A DNA stretch of 32,000 nt, taken from Raphidiopsis brookii D9 (GTDB taxonomy: Bacteria; Cyanobacteriota; Cyanobacteriia; Cyanobacteriales; Nostocaceae). Positions within the stretch are counted from its first letter, which is position 1, and each line of letters starts with the position of its first letter. The notes below the pieces were generated by a model. That model had not been told where the DNA came from. It searched no databases and worked only from the letters and a program-made list of their open reading frames with translations. A program made the position numbers and the translations under genes. The DNA is taken from NCBI GenBank assembly GCA_000175855.1, contig ACYB01000035.1, forward strand, positions 1 through 32,000. Direction: 5' to 3'. Below, piece by piece: positions 8,029 through 18,584 of this stretch.

Positions 8029-8301
8029 ATGACAACAGCCTCAAATGAACTACTGATAGTATCTCCCATGAAAGAAATTCCCAACGGGTATCTAAACATC
8101 ATGGGGTATGTTGACAAATCCGAGGTTAACGGACCCGGTCGTCGTGCTGTGGTATGGATGCAGGGTTGTTCTAGCCATTGTTCCAGTTGTTTTAATCCCC
8201 AGTCTTGGAGTTTTGAAATTAACAAGTTAGTTGCTATTGATAACCTAGCGGAAGAAATAAAGTGGCATGTAGCCAACAGTCCTAAGAATCTGGTATGGTA
8301 G
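8029..8301 (+). pseudogene. N-terminal remnant of an NrdG/PflA-like radical-SAM activating enzyme (4Fe-4S single-cluster domain)
   Basis: The 90-aa ORF contains VNGPGRRAVVWMQGCSSHCSSCFNPQSW (CxxxCxxC). It stops at 8299-8301, 24 nt before the ispG ATG. No GGEP-type SAM motif or remaining barrel is present in any frame. Confidence 0.6.
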
Positions 8302-8325
8302 CTACAGAATCTACTTGTTGAGGCT

Positions 8326-9551
8326 ATGCAAACCCTACCATCCCTTGAGACTGGTAAAATCATCACCAGCCAACCTACCTTTGACACCACTATTAAACGT
8401 CGTAAAACCCGTGCTGTTAAAGTAGGGGATGTGATTATTGGTGGTGGCTACCCCGTGGTAGTACAGTCAATGATTAATGAAGACACGTTAGATATTGATG
8501 GCTCTGTTAGCGCTGTTCGTCGTCTCCATGAAATTGGCTGCGAAATAGTTAGAGTAACTGTTCCCAGTATGGCCCATGCCAAAGCATTGGCGGAAATCAA
8601 ACAAAAGTTACAACAAACTTACAGGGATGTTCCCATTGTAGCTGATGTTCACCACAACGGGATGAAAATTGCCTTAGAGGTGGCTAAACACATCGAAAAA
8701 GTCCGGATCAATCCAGGACTATACGTATTTGAAAAACCGAACAGCGATCGCACCGAATATACAAAAACCGAGTTTGACGAAATAGGAGAGAAAATCCGTG
8801 AGACCCTAGCTCCACTGGTAGTGTCACTGCGAGATCAAGGTAAAGCTATGCGTATTGGAGTTAACCATGGTTCTCTAGCAGAAAGGATGTTATTTACCTA
8901 CGGTGATACGCCAGAGGGTATGGTAGAATCAGCTTTAGAATTTATTCGTATTTGTGAATCTCTGAATTTTTATAACATTGTTATTTCCATGAAAGCATCG
9001 CGGGTTCCAGTGATGGTAGCTGCATACCGACTCATGGCCAAACGGATGGATGATTTAGGTATGGATTATCCCTTGCACTTGGGAGTGACGGAAGCAGGAG
9101 ATGGTGAATATGGAAGAATTAAATCCACTGCGGGGATTGCCACCTTGTTAGCAGACGGTATTGGTGATACCATTCGCGTTTCCTTAACAGAAGCACCAGA
9201 AAAAGAGATTCCCGTTTGTTACAGCATTCTTCAAGCTCTCGGGTTGCGGAAAACAATGGTTGAATACGTTGCTTGTCCTTCCTGTGGTAGGACTTTATTT
9301 AACCTAGAGGAGGTGCTACATAAAGTTCGGGAAGCAACGAAACACTTAACCGGGTTAGATATTGCTGTTATGGGTTGTATTGTCAACGGTCCAGGGGAAA
9401 TGGCCGATGCGGACTATGGATATGTGGGCAAAATCCCGGTTTTATCTCTTTGTATAGGGGTAGGGAGGAGATTAAAAAGGTTCCAGAAGACCAAGGGGTA
9501 GAAGAATTAATTAATTTAATTAAAGGTGATGGTCGTTGGGTAGATCCCTAG
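8326..9551 (+). CDS. ispG: 4-hydroxy-3-methylbut-2-en-1-yl diphosphate synthase (IspG/GcpE), with an apparent 1-nt frameshift near the 3' end as sequenced
   Basis: [35 protein letters not shown] and GCIVNGPGE. The track ORF (8326..9501) diverges after ...YGYVGK. The +2 frame from 9435 gives [38 protein letters not shown] (stop 9549-9551). Confidence 0.9.
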
Positions 9552-9564
9552 GTGTTGATATTCC

Positions 9565-10323
9565 TCATAATGGATTTTGGGTGGGTACACCCACAGGACG
9601 GGGAAAACTCACGGAGGTGCGTAGCACCTTCCTTAAATATACACAATGACGAACACTTTTAGTCAGGGGAGTGGTAAACCTGTCAACCAGTTCTATCCTA
9701 GCTCCTAAAATATTGGCAGTATGTTCTAAATTTTGATTTTCTTCCTGTGTCCAGGTTCCCCGATAAATGATTGCCAAACCGCCTTTTTTGATTAAGGGTA
9801 ATGTATATTCAGCACATACGGAAGCAGTACTTACAGCGCGAATGACTGCTAAATCATATTTTTCCCTGTATAGGGTTTCCTGTCCAATTTCCTCCGCTCT
9901 TCCTAGGATTGTTGTTGCATTACTCAGGGGTAGTTTTTCTATAGCACTGTTGATAAAGTTAACCTTTTTGCGAGTAGCATCTAGTAGGGTGACCTGGTGA
10001 TGAGGAAAAACTATCCCAATTGGTAGACCGGGAAATCCCGCACCGCTACCAATGTCAATTATCGACCCAGCTGCATTCAATTCTGGCAAAAAATGCTGCT
10101 CTGGTGAGACTCCTCTTAAAGAATCCCAAAGATGTTTTTCCCAGAATTCCTTGGGTTGGGTAATTCGAGTTAAGTTGATTTGACGATTAGCTACTACAAT
10201 CAAATCGTACAGCTTTTGCAGTTGATTCCCCTGTTCAATTGTCGGTTGCCAATTTAATGTTTCCTGCCAAATTTCTGCCATCTCCGGTAAAGTACCGCCA
10301 CTTTCCCTATCCACGCTTATCAT
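9565..10323 (-). CDS. rsmG: 16S rRNA (guanine527-N7)-methyltransferase
   Basis: NLTRITQPKEFWEKHLWDSL, and SAM motif IDIGSGAGFPGLPIGI. Start chosen at the ATG (MISVDRE...) that avoids overlap with the upstream ABC gene. The track ORF starts at 10341. Confidence 0.85.
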   Translation of the reverse strand: MISVDRESGGTLPEMAEIWQETLNWQPTIEQGNQLQKLYDLIVVANRQINLTRITQPKEFWEKHLWDSLRGVSPEQHFLPELNAAGSIIDIGSGAGFPGLPIGIVFPHHQVTLLDATRKKVNFINSAIEKLPLSNATTILGRAEEIGQETLYREKYDLAVIRAVSTASVCAEYTLPLIKKGGLAIIYRGTWTQEENQNLEHTANILGARIELVDRFTTPLTKSVRHCVYLRKVLRTSVSFPRPVGVPTQNPL

Positions 10324-10330
10324 AGTTAGT

Positions 10331-10984
10331 TCATTTCCCAATTGACTCTAAACTAGGAGCAATGGGACTCAAAATACCATGGTGGAGATTCCAACAACAA
10401 TCTGCTATTGGTAATAGGTCCCCCGCATCATGGGTGACCACCAGTATTGTCCAGTTCTTCTTGAGTCTCTCTAGTAAGGTCAGTAGTTGACGACGCATTG
10501 ACCAGTCCAGACCTGCTGTAGGTTCATCTAGTAGTAATAGGTTTGGTTGGCGAACTAACTGTACAGCTAGGGCTAAACGTCTTTGTTGTCCACCACTGAG
10601 AGCGTTAGGCGATGTAGACAAGGATAAACTCTCTAGTCCTACCTCCTTTAATGCATTTTTGACCCTCTCTAGTCCTAGTTCTGGATGACCCAAACGCAAC
10701 TCTTCCAAAATTGTGCCCCCACAAAAGTGTCTTTCTGGAAATTGAAATACTATCCCCGCTAGTTGTTGCAGGTGATCTGCTACTAGTTCTTCTTCTCTCC
10801 AAAATATACCACCACTAGTGGGTTCCGCAAGTCCTGATAAAATCTCTAGTAGGGTACTTTTGCCAGATCCACTTGGTCCAATTACTAGTCCTAGTTTTTG
10901 AGGTGGTAGTTCCAAATTAATAGCTTGGAGAATTGGGGTGGGACAAGCTGTGGGGTGATAAGTTAGATTGTGAAGATAGAGCAT
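10331..10984 (-). CDS. ABC transporter ATP-binding protein (ECF/CbiO-like)
   Basis: Walker A GPSGSGKST, signature LSGGQQRR, Walker B LLLLDEPT, H-loop VTHD. Confidence 0.85.
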   Translation of the reverse strand: MLYLHNLTYHPTACPTPILQAINLELPPQKLGLVIGPSGSGKSTLLEILSGLAEPTSGGIFWREEELVADHLQQLAGIVFQFPERHFCGGTILEELRLGHPELGLERVKNALKEVGLESLSLSTSPNALSGGQQRRLALAVQLVRQPNLLLLDEPTAGLDWSMRRQLLTLLERLKKNWTILVVTHDAGDLLPIADCCWNLHHGILSPIAPSLESIGK

Positions 10985-11047
10985 TTGAATTGAAGTGAAG
11001 TTTCTCTGACTTTTTTGTATATTATTGCTGTAACTACTTTGTAAATC

Positions 11048-11992
11048 ATGATATCCAAAGGTTTTTTAATTGCTTTCCTCACTCTCCCCAGAAAGTTTAC
11101 CAGAAATTTATCCGTTGTTCAGGTGGTTTCTATGACTACCCTAGCTCTTAGTTTGAGCATTAATACAGCTTTTGCCGGAGACCCATTTCGTGTTAACCAA
11201 CCTCATAAAATTGGCGATCGCACTGAAGCAGCTTTTAGAGCAATTTTTGAACAGGGGAATTATGGAGCTGGGGAAGATCATCTCAAAAAAGCTATGGTTG
11301 AGGAACCAGGGGAACCGTTGGTTTATGCTTTGAAAGCATCCCTGTCCTATGTTAATCAAGATTGGGTTGCTTTGGAGAAGTATAGTCGAAAAACTTTAGA
11401 AGCTGGTGAAAAGTTGACTGGGACTAATCCCTTGCGTGGTAATTTATATACTGGAGTGGGCAACTTTCTCATGGGAGCGACCACTCTCACTCGTCAAGGG
11501 GTTTGGAAAGGTGCTTCTCAGGCTTTTTTACAGTTAAAAAAGGTTTATGAATATTTAGACCAGGCAGAGGCTATTGATGCTAATGATCCTGAGTTAAATT
11601 TAATTAGGGGGTATATGAACCTGATGTTAGCGGTAAACCTACCCTTTACCAGTCCAGAACAAGCAATTGAACAATGGCAACAAAATGCCGCACCTCGCTA
11701 CTTGGTAGACAGAGGTATTGCTTTAGCATATCGAGATTTAAAACAATACCCGGAAGCCCTAGAGTATGTCAATCGAGCTTTAAATAGCACTAGTGACAAT
11801 CCAGAAATTTATTATCTCAAAGCTCAAATTCTTCATGAACAAGGTAAAAGAGAACAAGACCAGAATTTGGTTCAACAGGCGATCGCCAATTTTGATTTAG
11901 CCCTAGCCAAGAAATCCCAACTTCCTTCTAGTTTAGTTAAACAAATTAAGTATGAGCGTAGCCAGGCTGAAGCTAGACTTAAAAGCAATTAG
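11048..11992 (+). CDS. Secreted TPR-like repeat protein (possibly the Sll0314/Alr1548-type family)
   Basis: N-terminal signal-like segment ...TLALSLSINTAFAG. Helical repeat content with TPR-like ALAYRDLKQYPEALEYVNRAL. The start is uncertain; an alternative ATG lies near 11132. Confidence 0.55.
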   Translation: MISKGFLIAFLTLPRKFTRNLSVVQVVSMTTLALSLSINTAFAGDPFRVNQPHKIGDRTEAAFRAIFEQGNYGAGEDHLKKAMVEEPGEPLVYALKASLSYVNQDWVALEKYSRKTLEAGEKLTGTNPLRGNLYTGVGNFLMGATTLTRQGVWKGASQAFLQLKKVYEYLDQAEAIDANDPELNLIRGYMNLMLAVNLPFTSPEQAIEQWQQNAAPRYLVDRGIALAYRDLKQYPEALEYVNRALNSTSDNPEIYYLKAQILHEQGKREQDQNLVQQAIANFDLALAKKSQLPSSLVKQIKYERSQAEARLKSN

Positions 11993-12010
11993 AGATTAAA
12001 AAACACTAAA

Positions 12011-12463
12011 ATGCACATTGAATTTCGAGAATTTAACCCTTTTGATGTCTGGATTTGGTTTAAGTTTGGGACAATTCCCTCCCAGCAGGAAAAACAATAT
12101 GTGGAAGAGGTCTTTAACTCCTGGTTTTATTTAGGCAAACTAGGAGGATTTAACGCCGAGAACTTGCAAATACAAGAAACTGGTGTAGACCTCAACTACA
12201 TAGATTATGATAGGGAAGGTTATAGTCGTTCCATGGTAGCTCTCATGCACAACATGGGGGAATTTGAATACGAGGGAGAATGGGGAAGATGCTGGTTTGA
12301 CCTAGGCACAAGCGATGCGATCGCCCTAGATATTCTTTTAAATGCACTTTTGCAATTAAGTGAAGAGTATGTTGTGATAGAAGACCTATATATTGGGGGA
12401 GAGAACGAAGATTGGCCAGTAGAGAACGAGGAGATGCGTGCTTACTCAATTTACGAGAACTAA
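12011..12463 (+). CDS. Conserved hypothetical acidic protein (possibly DUF3531)
   Basis: 150-aa ORF, tightly spaced with its neighbours. The family name is from memory only. Confidence 0.5.
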   Translation: MHIEFREFNPFDVWIWFKFGTIPSQQEKQYVEEVFNSWFYLGKLGGFNAENLQIQETGVDLNYIDYDREGYSRSMVALMHNMGEFEYEGEWGRCWFDLGTSDAIALDILLNALLQLSEEYVVIEDLYIGGENEDWPVENEEMRAYSIYEN

Positions 12464-12466
12464 AAG

Positions 12467-12898
12467 ATGAACAAACCAGGTGAGATTCGTGTTATAGTTT
12501 TAGCACTAATTAAAGATGGGGAAAGAATATTTGTTTCCGAGGGGTATGATCCAACCAAGCAATTAACATTTTATCGAGCTTTAGGTGGAGGGATAGAATT
12601 TGGGGAAACTAGTCGAATGGCATTAGCGAGGGAATTTCAAGAAGAAATTCAAGCCGAACTAACCAATATTAGCTATTTAGGTTGTATAGAAAACCTATTT
12701 ATTTTTGATGGTAACCAGGGACATGAAATCATTCAACTGTACCAATGTGACTTTGCTGACCCCAAATTTTATCAAATAGAAAGTCTCACTTTTTCAGAAA
12801 CACCCCAGAAAAAACATCGCGCCCTGTGGGTAGAAATTAGTAAATTTAAATCAGGAGAACTCAAATTAGTGCCACAAATATTTTTTGACCACCTGTAA
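12467..12898 (+). CDS. NUDIX hydrolase
   Basis: Nudix box GGGIEFGETSRMALAREFQEEIQ (Gx5Ex7REuxEExGu). Confidence 0.85.
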   Translation: MNKPGEIRVIVLALIKDGERIFVSEGYDPTKQLTFYRALGGGIEFGETSRMALAREFQEEIQAELTNISYLGCIENLFIFDGNQGHEIIQLYQCDFADPKFYQIESLTFSETPQKKHRALWVEISKFKSGELKLVPQIFFDHL

Positions 12899-12910
12899 CT
12901 ACTTCATACT

Positions 12911-13048
12911 GTGTCAAACTTATTCAAGACCAAGCCCAAACATACTCGAATTCAACGTCAGTTACTCATACTAATGTTGATAATTTTTGGCGGGAGTGTA
13001 GTCCTAGGATTTATTATGGGTCTCACCGGTATTCAACCAGTGACCTAA
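12911..13048 (+). CDS. Candidate 45-aa single-pass membrane peptide; not in the ORF track
   Basis: GTG 12911 ... taa 13046-13048: VSNLFKTKPKHTRIQRQLLILMLIIFGGSVVLGFIMGLTGIQPVT. A basic N-terminus followed by a single TM helix gives positive-inside topology. The start codon is uncertain. Confidence 0.3.
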   Translation: MSNLFKTKPKHTRIQRQLLILMLIIFGGSVVLGFIMGLTGIQPVT

Positions 13049-13227
13049 CCAGCTAAAAATTGATAATATTACCTAATTTAATGAGTTCCAACAGAAGCAT
13101 ACATTTTGTTTATGAGATAGAATCACTATGGGAGTATGTTGCTGGTAAAATGTAAAGGCTACACTAAGTAGCTCACCTGTCAAAACTCATCAGTCAACAA
13201 TTAACACTTAATATTTGATAACTTGCC

Positions 13228-16020
13228 ATGCTAAAACTATTGTTGGGCGATCCCAACGCTCGTAAACTAAAAAAATACCAACACTACATTACAGAAATTA
13301 ATCTGTTAGAAGAAGATGTTAAATTACTCTCTGATGATGAGTTGAGGGGGAAGACAGCTGAGTTTAAACAAAGACTAAACAAAGGTGAAAGCTTAGAGGA
13401 GATCCTACCAGAAGCTTTTGCAGTAGTGAGAGAGGCTTCTTCCAGAGTATTAGGGTTAAGACATTTTGATGTTCAGCTGCTAGGCGGAGTAATTCTCCAC
13501 ACAGGACAAATAGCGGAAATGAAAACCGGTGAAGGTAAAACCCTAGTAGCTACCTTACCCAGTTATTTAAATGCTTTAAGTAATAAAGGTGTTCATGTTG
13601 TTACTGTTAATGATTATCTAGCTCGGCGAGATGCGGAATGGATGGGTCAGATACACCGGTTCCTAGGAATGAGTGTGGGACTGATTCAGTCCACCATGAT
13701 CCCCATAGAAAGGAAAAAAAATTACGACTGTGACATTACTTATGTAACCAACAGTGAAGTAGGTTTTGACTACCTGCGAGATAATATGGCCACATCCATG
13801 GAGGAAGTGGTACAACGTCCGTTTAATTATTGTGTAATCGATGAAGTGGATTCCATTCTCATTGATGAAGCGCGAACTCCCCTAATTATTTCTGGACAAG
13901 TAGAAAGACCAACAGAAAAATACTTACAAGCAGCAGAAATTGCATTTACCCTTAAAAAAGACGATCACTACGAAGTGGATGAAAAAGCGCGGAACGTTCT
14001 TTTAACAGATGATGGTTTTGCCGAAGCTGAGAATCTTTTAGGCGTAACCGATTTATTTGATCCAGAAAATCCCTGGGCCCATTTTGTCTTTAATGGTATT
14101 AAAGCGAAAGAACTATTCCTTAAAGACGTGAATTATATCGTGCGCAATGGGGAAGTGGTAATTGTTGATGAATTTACTGGTCGGGTACTACCAGGAAGAC
14201 GGTGGAGTGATGGTTTGCACCAAGCTATAGAAGCCAAAGAAAGAGTGGAAATCCAGCCTGAAACCCAAACCCTGGCAACTATTACCTATCAAAACCTGTT
14301 TTTGCTTTATCCGAAATTAGCTGGAATGACAGGGACAGCCAAAACAGAAGAAGCGGAATTTGAAAAGATTTATAAATTAGAAGTAAGTGTTATTCCCACC
14401 CACCGCACCAGAAAACGTCAAGACCTATCGGACATGGTGTTTAAAACAGAATCGGGTAAATGGGGAGCCATTGCAAGGGAATGTGAAGAAATGCACAAAG
14501 GTGGCAGACCGGTACTAGTAGGAACCACTAGTGTGGAAAAATCCGAACTGCTGAGCAGATTACTCCAAGAAAAGGGTATTCCCCACGAATTACTTAATGC
14601 TAGACCTGAAAACGTAGAACGGGAAGCGGAAATTGTCGCCCAAGCTGGACGTAGGGGTGCAGTAACCATAGCTACTAATATGGCGGGACGAGGTACGGAT
14701 ATTATTTTAGGTGGTAACTCCGAATATATGGCCCGGTTGAAGTTACGGGAATATTTTATGCCTAGGATTGTGAGACCAGGAGATGATCAATTCAGCATTC
14801 AAAGAGCTTCAGGACTTCCTATTGGAAATGGAAATGGTAGTGGTCAGGGTTTCGTTCCGGGCAAAAAACTCAAAACTTGGCGCGTATCTGGGGGGATTTT
14901 TCCCACTGAGTTATCCCAGGTAACTGAAAACCTATTAAAGGAAGCGGTCGAGGTAGCAGTTAATGCCTATGGTAGTCGCGCCTTATCGGAATTAGAAGCA
15001 GAAGATAAAGTAGCTATAGCTGCTGAAAAAGCACCCACGGATGATGCAGTAGTACAAAAGTTACGAGATGCTTACCAGACTATTAAACAAGAATATGAAA
15101 AATTTACCGAAGCTGAACATGTGGAAGTAGTAAACAATGGTGGACTGCATGTTATAGGCACAGAAAGGCATGAATCAAGGCGGATTGATAATCAATTAAG
15201 AGGAAGATCGGGTAGACAAGGTGACCCGGGGACAACCAGATTTTTTCTCAGTCTGGAAGACAATTTACTGAGAATATTTGGTGGAGATCGGGTAGCTGGG
15301 TTAATGAATGCGTTCCAAGTGGAAGAAGATATGCCCATTGAATCGGGTTTATTAACTCGTAGTTTGGAAGGTGCTCAGAAAAAGGTGGAAACCTATTACT
15401 ATGACATTCGTAAGCAAGTGTTTGAATATGACGAAGTGATGAATAATCAGCGTCGTGCTATTTATGCTGAACGTAGACGAGTTTTAGAAGGAGAAGATTT
15501 AAAAGAACAGGTCGTCAAATATGCAGAAAAGACCATGGATGACATCGTGAATTATTATATTAACCCAGAATTACCCTCAGAAGAATGGGATTTAGAAAAG
15601 TTGGTGGGCAAAGTTAAGGAGTTTGTTTACTTATTAGCTGATATGCAACCCGCCCAATTACAGGATATGGGGGTAGGGGAAATTAAGGCTTTCCTTCATG
15701 AACAATCGCGTATTGCCTATGACATGAAAGAAGCGGAAATAGACCAAATTCAACCTGGACTGATGCGACAAGCAGAACGATTCTTCATTTTACAGCGGAT
15801 AGATACCTTGTGGCGGGAACATTTACAGCAGATGGACGCCCTACGGGAATCTGTAGGATTACGTGGTTATGGACAAAAAGATCCACTTATTGAGTACAAG
15901 AGCGAGGGATACGAGTTGTTCTTAGACATGATGGTGAATATTCGCAGGGATGTGGTTTACTCCCTGTTTATGTTCCAACCGCAGCAACAATCCGCAGTCC
16001 AAACCTCTGAAATAGTCTAA
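13228..16020 (+). CDS. secA: Preprotein translocase ATPase subunit SecA
   Basis: 930 aa. Walker A MKTGEGKT, then [30 protein letters not shown] and [30 protein letters not shown]. Confidence 0.97.
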   Translation: MLKLLLGDPNARKLKKYQHYITEINLLEEDVKLLSDDELRGKTAEFKQRLNKGESLEEILPEAFAVVREASSRVLGLRHFDVQLLGGVILHTGQIAEMKTGEGKTLVATLPSYLNALSNKGVHVVTVNDYLARRDAEWMGQIHRFLGMSVGLIQSTMIPIERKKNYDCDITYVTNSEVGFDYLRDNMATSMEEVVQRPFNYCVIDEVDSILIDEARTPLIISGQVERPTEKYLQAAEIAFTLKKDDHYEVDEKARNVLLTDDGFAEAENLLGVTDLFDPENPWAHFVFNGIKAKELFLKDVNYIVRNGEVVIVDEFTGRVLPGRRWSDGLHQAIEAKERVEIQPETQTLATITYQNLFLLYPKLAGMTGTAKTEEAEFEKIYKLEVSVIPTHRTRKRQDLSDMVFKTESGKWGAIARECEEMHKGGRPVLVGTTSVEKSELLSRLLQEKGIPHELLNARPENVEREAEIVAQAGRRGAVTIATNMAGRGTDIILGGNSEYMARLKLREYFMPRIVRPGDDQFSIQRASGLPIGNGNGSGQGFVPGKKLKTWRVSGGIFPTELSQVTENLLKEAVEVAVNAYGSRALSELEAEDKVAIAAEKAPTDDAVVQKLRDAYQTIKQEYEKFTEAEHVEVVNNGGLHVIGTERHESRRIDNQLRGRSGRQGDPGTTRFFLSLEDNLLRIFGGDRVAGLMNAFQVEEDMPIESGLLTRSLEGAQKKVETYYYDIRKQVFEYDEVMNNQRRAIYAERRRVLEGEDLKEQVVKYAEKTMDDIVNYYINPELPSEEWDLEKLVGKVKEFVYLLADMQPAQLQDMGVGEIKAFLHEQSRIAYDMKEAEIDQIQPGLMRQAERFFILQRIDTLWREHLQQMDALRESVGLRGYGQKDPLIEYKSEGYELFLDMMVNIRRDVVYSLFMFQPQQQSAVQTSEIV

Positions 16021-16047
16021 ATCCTGTCCCCCTTTCCCTCATCCCAT

Positions 16048-16284
16048 TTAGTAAGTGTTTAAATTAATACCAGCTTCCTTAGCCATTGCTTCCAAACCTT
16101 TGGTATCAAGAGTTTTAATTGCTTTGGTAGAGAGTTTCAACTTTACCCAACGGTTACCAGCGGGCCACCAAACCCTTTTAGTTTGTAAATTAGGTTGCTG
16201 TAAACGTCTGGTACGACGGTGAGAGTGGGAAACGGACATGGCATTATTAGCCTTTTTACCTGTGAGTTCGCAACGACGAGACAT
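16048..16284 (-). CDS. rpmB: 50S ribosomal protein L28
   Basis: [34 protein letters not shown]..., 78 aa. Confidence 0.92.
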   Translation of the reverse strand: MSRRCELTGKKANNAMSVSHSHRRTRRLQQPNLQTKRVWWPAGNRWVKLKLSTKAIKTLDTKGLEAMAKEAGINLNTY

Positions 16285-16354
16285 TCAAAACCTCCAAACT
16301 TTATGAATTTAGACACAGCTTACCCATTATAAATCATCAAATTATAGTTTCCCC

Positions 16355-17281
16355 ATGGACGAAGAATTTATTATTCCTCAAGCACCCGCTAACTTTAAGT
16401 CTGGATTTATCGGCATTATTGGTCGTCCTAATGTGGGTAAGTCAACCTTAATGAACCAGTTAATAGGACAAAAAATAGCTATCACATCACCAGTAGCGCA
16501 AACTACTAGAAATCGCTTGAGGGGAATTTTAACTAGGGAGAAGGCCCAGTTGATTTTTGTTGATACCCCCGGGATTCATAAACCCCATCATCCCTTGGGA
16601 GAGGTGCTAGTACAAAATGCTAAAATTGCTATTACATCAGTGGATGTGGTGTTATTTGTGGTAGATGGCACAGCGGTCTGTGGAGGAGGCGATCGCTTTA
16701 TTGCTGACTTATTAAGCAAATGTGAAATCCCCGTTATTATGGGTATTAATAAAATAGATCAACAACCAGTAGAAACTGAAAAAATAGATGAAAGTTATAG
16801 AGAATTAGCTCGAGAGAACCAATGGCAAATTGTTAAATTTTCAGCCTTAGAGAACCAAGGAATATTAGAATTAGAAGACTTATTGATTGAACAACTAGAA
16901 ACCGGTCCATTATATTATCCACCAGATTTAGTCACGGATCAACCAGAAAGATTTATTATGGGGGAATTAATCCGGGAACAGATTTTATTATTGACCCGAG
17001 AAGAAGTTCCTCACTCAGTGGCGATCGCCATTGATTTGGTGGAAGAGAACCCAACAATTACCCGTGTTGTGGCTACAATTAATGTAGAAAGGGACTCCCA
17101 AAAAGGGATATTAATTGGTAAAGGGGGGACAATGTTAAAATCAATTGGTACTGTGGCCCGTCAACAGATTCAAAAATTGATTGCTGGCAAAGTTCATTTG
17201 GAATTATTTGTCAAAGTCCAACCAAAGTGGCGACATTCGCGGTTAAGGTTAGCAGAACTAGGATATAGAGTGGAGGAGTAG
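16355..17281 (+). CDS. era: GTPase Era
   Basis: G1 GRPNVGKST, G3 DTPG, G4 NKID, and a C-terminal KH domain (GKGGTMLKSIG). Confidence 0.92.
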   Translation: MDEEFIIPQAPANFKSGFIGIIGRPNVGKSTLMNQLIGQKIAITSPVAQTTRNRLRGILTREKAQLIFVDTPGIHKPHHPLGEVLVQNAKIAITSVDVVLFVVDGTAVCGGGDRFIADLLSKCEIPVIMGINKIDQQPVETEKIDESYRELARENQWQIVKFSALENQGILELEDLLIEQLETGPLYYPPDLVTDQPERFIMGELIREQILLLTREEVPHSVAIAIDLVEENPTITRVVATINVERDSQKGILIGKGGTMLKSIGTVARQQIQKLIAGKVHLELFVKVQPKWRHSRLRLAELGYRVEE

Positions 17282-17461
17282 CAAGTGTCCCAAAAGTCCT
17301 GAACCTCCTGTTTTACCCATCTGCTCCCAAAGCCAAGGTTGTGAGGTAAAGCGCGATCGCACGTGAATTTGTTTGAACGCTAGGATTCTAGATCACCCAT
17401 GATAGAATTTACCTCAAAGTTACCTCGGTGCTATTCCAAAAACTGATAGTAAACTGAAACT

Positions 17462-18414
17462 ATGAAAGGAATTTGGCTAGAAAAGAATCAATTACAACTA
17501 AGAACAGACTTACCCATTCCTCAACCACCAGAGGGGAAATTTTAGTTAAAGTTTTACGCGCGGGTATTTGTAACACCGATTTGGAGTTAATTAGGGGATA
17601 TTATCCTTATCAGGGGGTATTAGGACATGAGTTTGTAGGGATAGTGGTGGAGGGACCCAAGCATTTAATGAATCAACGGGTTGTAGGGGAAATTAACGCT
17701 GCTTGTGGTTATTGTCGTTTTTGTTTGCAGGGAAAACCCACCCACTGTGAAAACCGCACTGTGTTAGGGATTGTCAACCGTGATGGTGCTTTTGCAGAAT
17801 ATCTTTGTTTACCTGAAAAAAACCTACATGTTGTACCAGAGGATGTGACGACGGATGCAGCAACTTTTACTGAACCCATAGCAGCAGCTTTAGAAATTCA
17901 AACCCAGGTTAAAGTCACACCAGAGGATAGGGTTTTAGTAGTTGGTGATGGAAAATTAGGACAGTTAATAGGACAAACTTTGGCTTTAACTGGCTGTGAC
18001 TTACTAGTTGTAGGCAGACACAAAGATAAACTGGATCATCTTTCTGCAAGGGGAATTAAAACTGGTTTAGCGAATATTGTTCAAGATAGACAGTTTGATA
18101 TTGCCGTCGATTGTACGGGAAATCCTGAAGGTTTTAGCATTGCGCGTCGAGCTTTACGTCCCAGAGGTATACTAGTTTTGAAAAGTACCTACGCCGGAAA
18201 TTTAAGTTTGGATGCTTCTGCTTTGGTGGTTGATGAGATTACCCTTATCGGTTCCCGTTGTGGAGAATTTGCCCCAGCACTGGAGCTATTAGCCACAAAT
18301 CAGATAGATGTGACACCTTTAATCCATGGAACCTATCCCTTGAGTCAAGGATTAATTGCTTTTGAAAAAGCTCAATCTAAAGGAGTTTTAAAAATACTGT
18401 TGGAGATGAATTAA
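17462..18414 (+). CDS. Zinc-dependent MDR-family alcohol/threonine-type dehydrogenase, with an apparent 1-nt frameshift in codon ~25 as sequenced
   Basis: GHEFVG, structural-zinc cluster CGYCRFCLQGKPTHC, and Rossmann motif VVGDGKLG. ATG 17462 opens MKGIWLEKNQLQLRTDLPIPQPPEGKF*. The track ORF 17473..18414 becomes ADH-like only from ...GEILVKVLRAGICNTD. Confidence 0.85.
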
Positions 18415-18455
18415 ATATTCAGGCAATATGATCGCAATGGTGATTGGTTAAAAAA

Positions 18456-18584
18456 TCATCCGTTTGGATGGTAATCCGGACAACCAATAGCTCCTTCAGT
18501 ACTAGCAGTATAGGGGTTTACAGTACATTTAAGGCGATAATTATTGGTAAAAAACTGACAATTAGGACAGGGGATTTGGTGCAT
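18456..18584 (-). CDS. Candidate 42-aa four-cysteine (zinc-ribbon-like) protein; not in the ORF track
   Basis: MHQIPCPNCQFFTNNYRLKCTVNPYTASTEGAIGCPDYHPNG* (ATG 18584-18582, stop 18458-18456). An alternative in-frame GTG at 18602 is preceded by AAGGA. The plus-strand track ORF 18444..18629 is the likely spurious antisense frame. Confidence 0.4.
   Translation of the reverse strand: MHQIPCPNCQFFTNNYRLKCTVNPYTASTEGAIGCPDYHPNG

Noticed and set aside
7992-8390. A 132-aa minus-strand ORF spanning the radical-SAM remnant and the ispG start
   Set aside because: It is antisense to two plus-strand sequences with clear protein-family motifs. Its own sequence has no motifs and an atypical composition.
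9424-9551. Programmed ribosomal frameshifting as an explanation for the ispG break and the other frame breaks
   Set aside because: There is no slippery heptamer plus downstream structure at any of the four sites. The sites share only short mononucleotide runs. No such recoding is known for these families.
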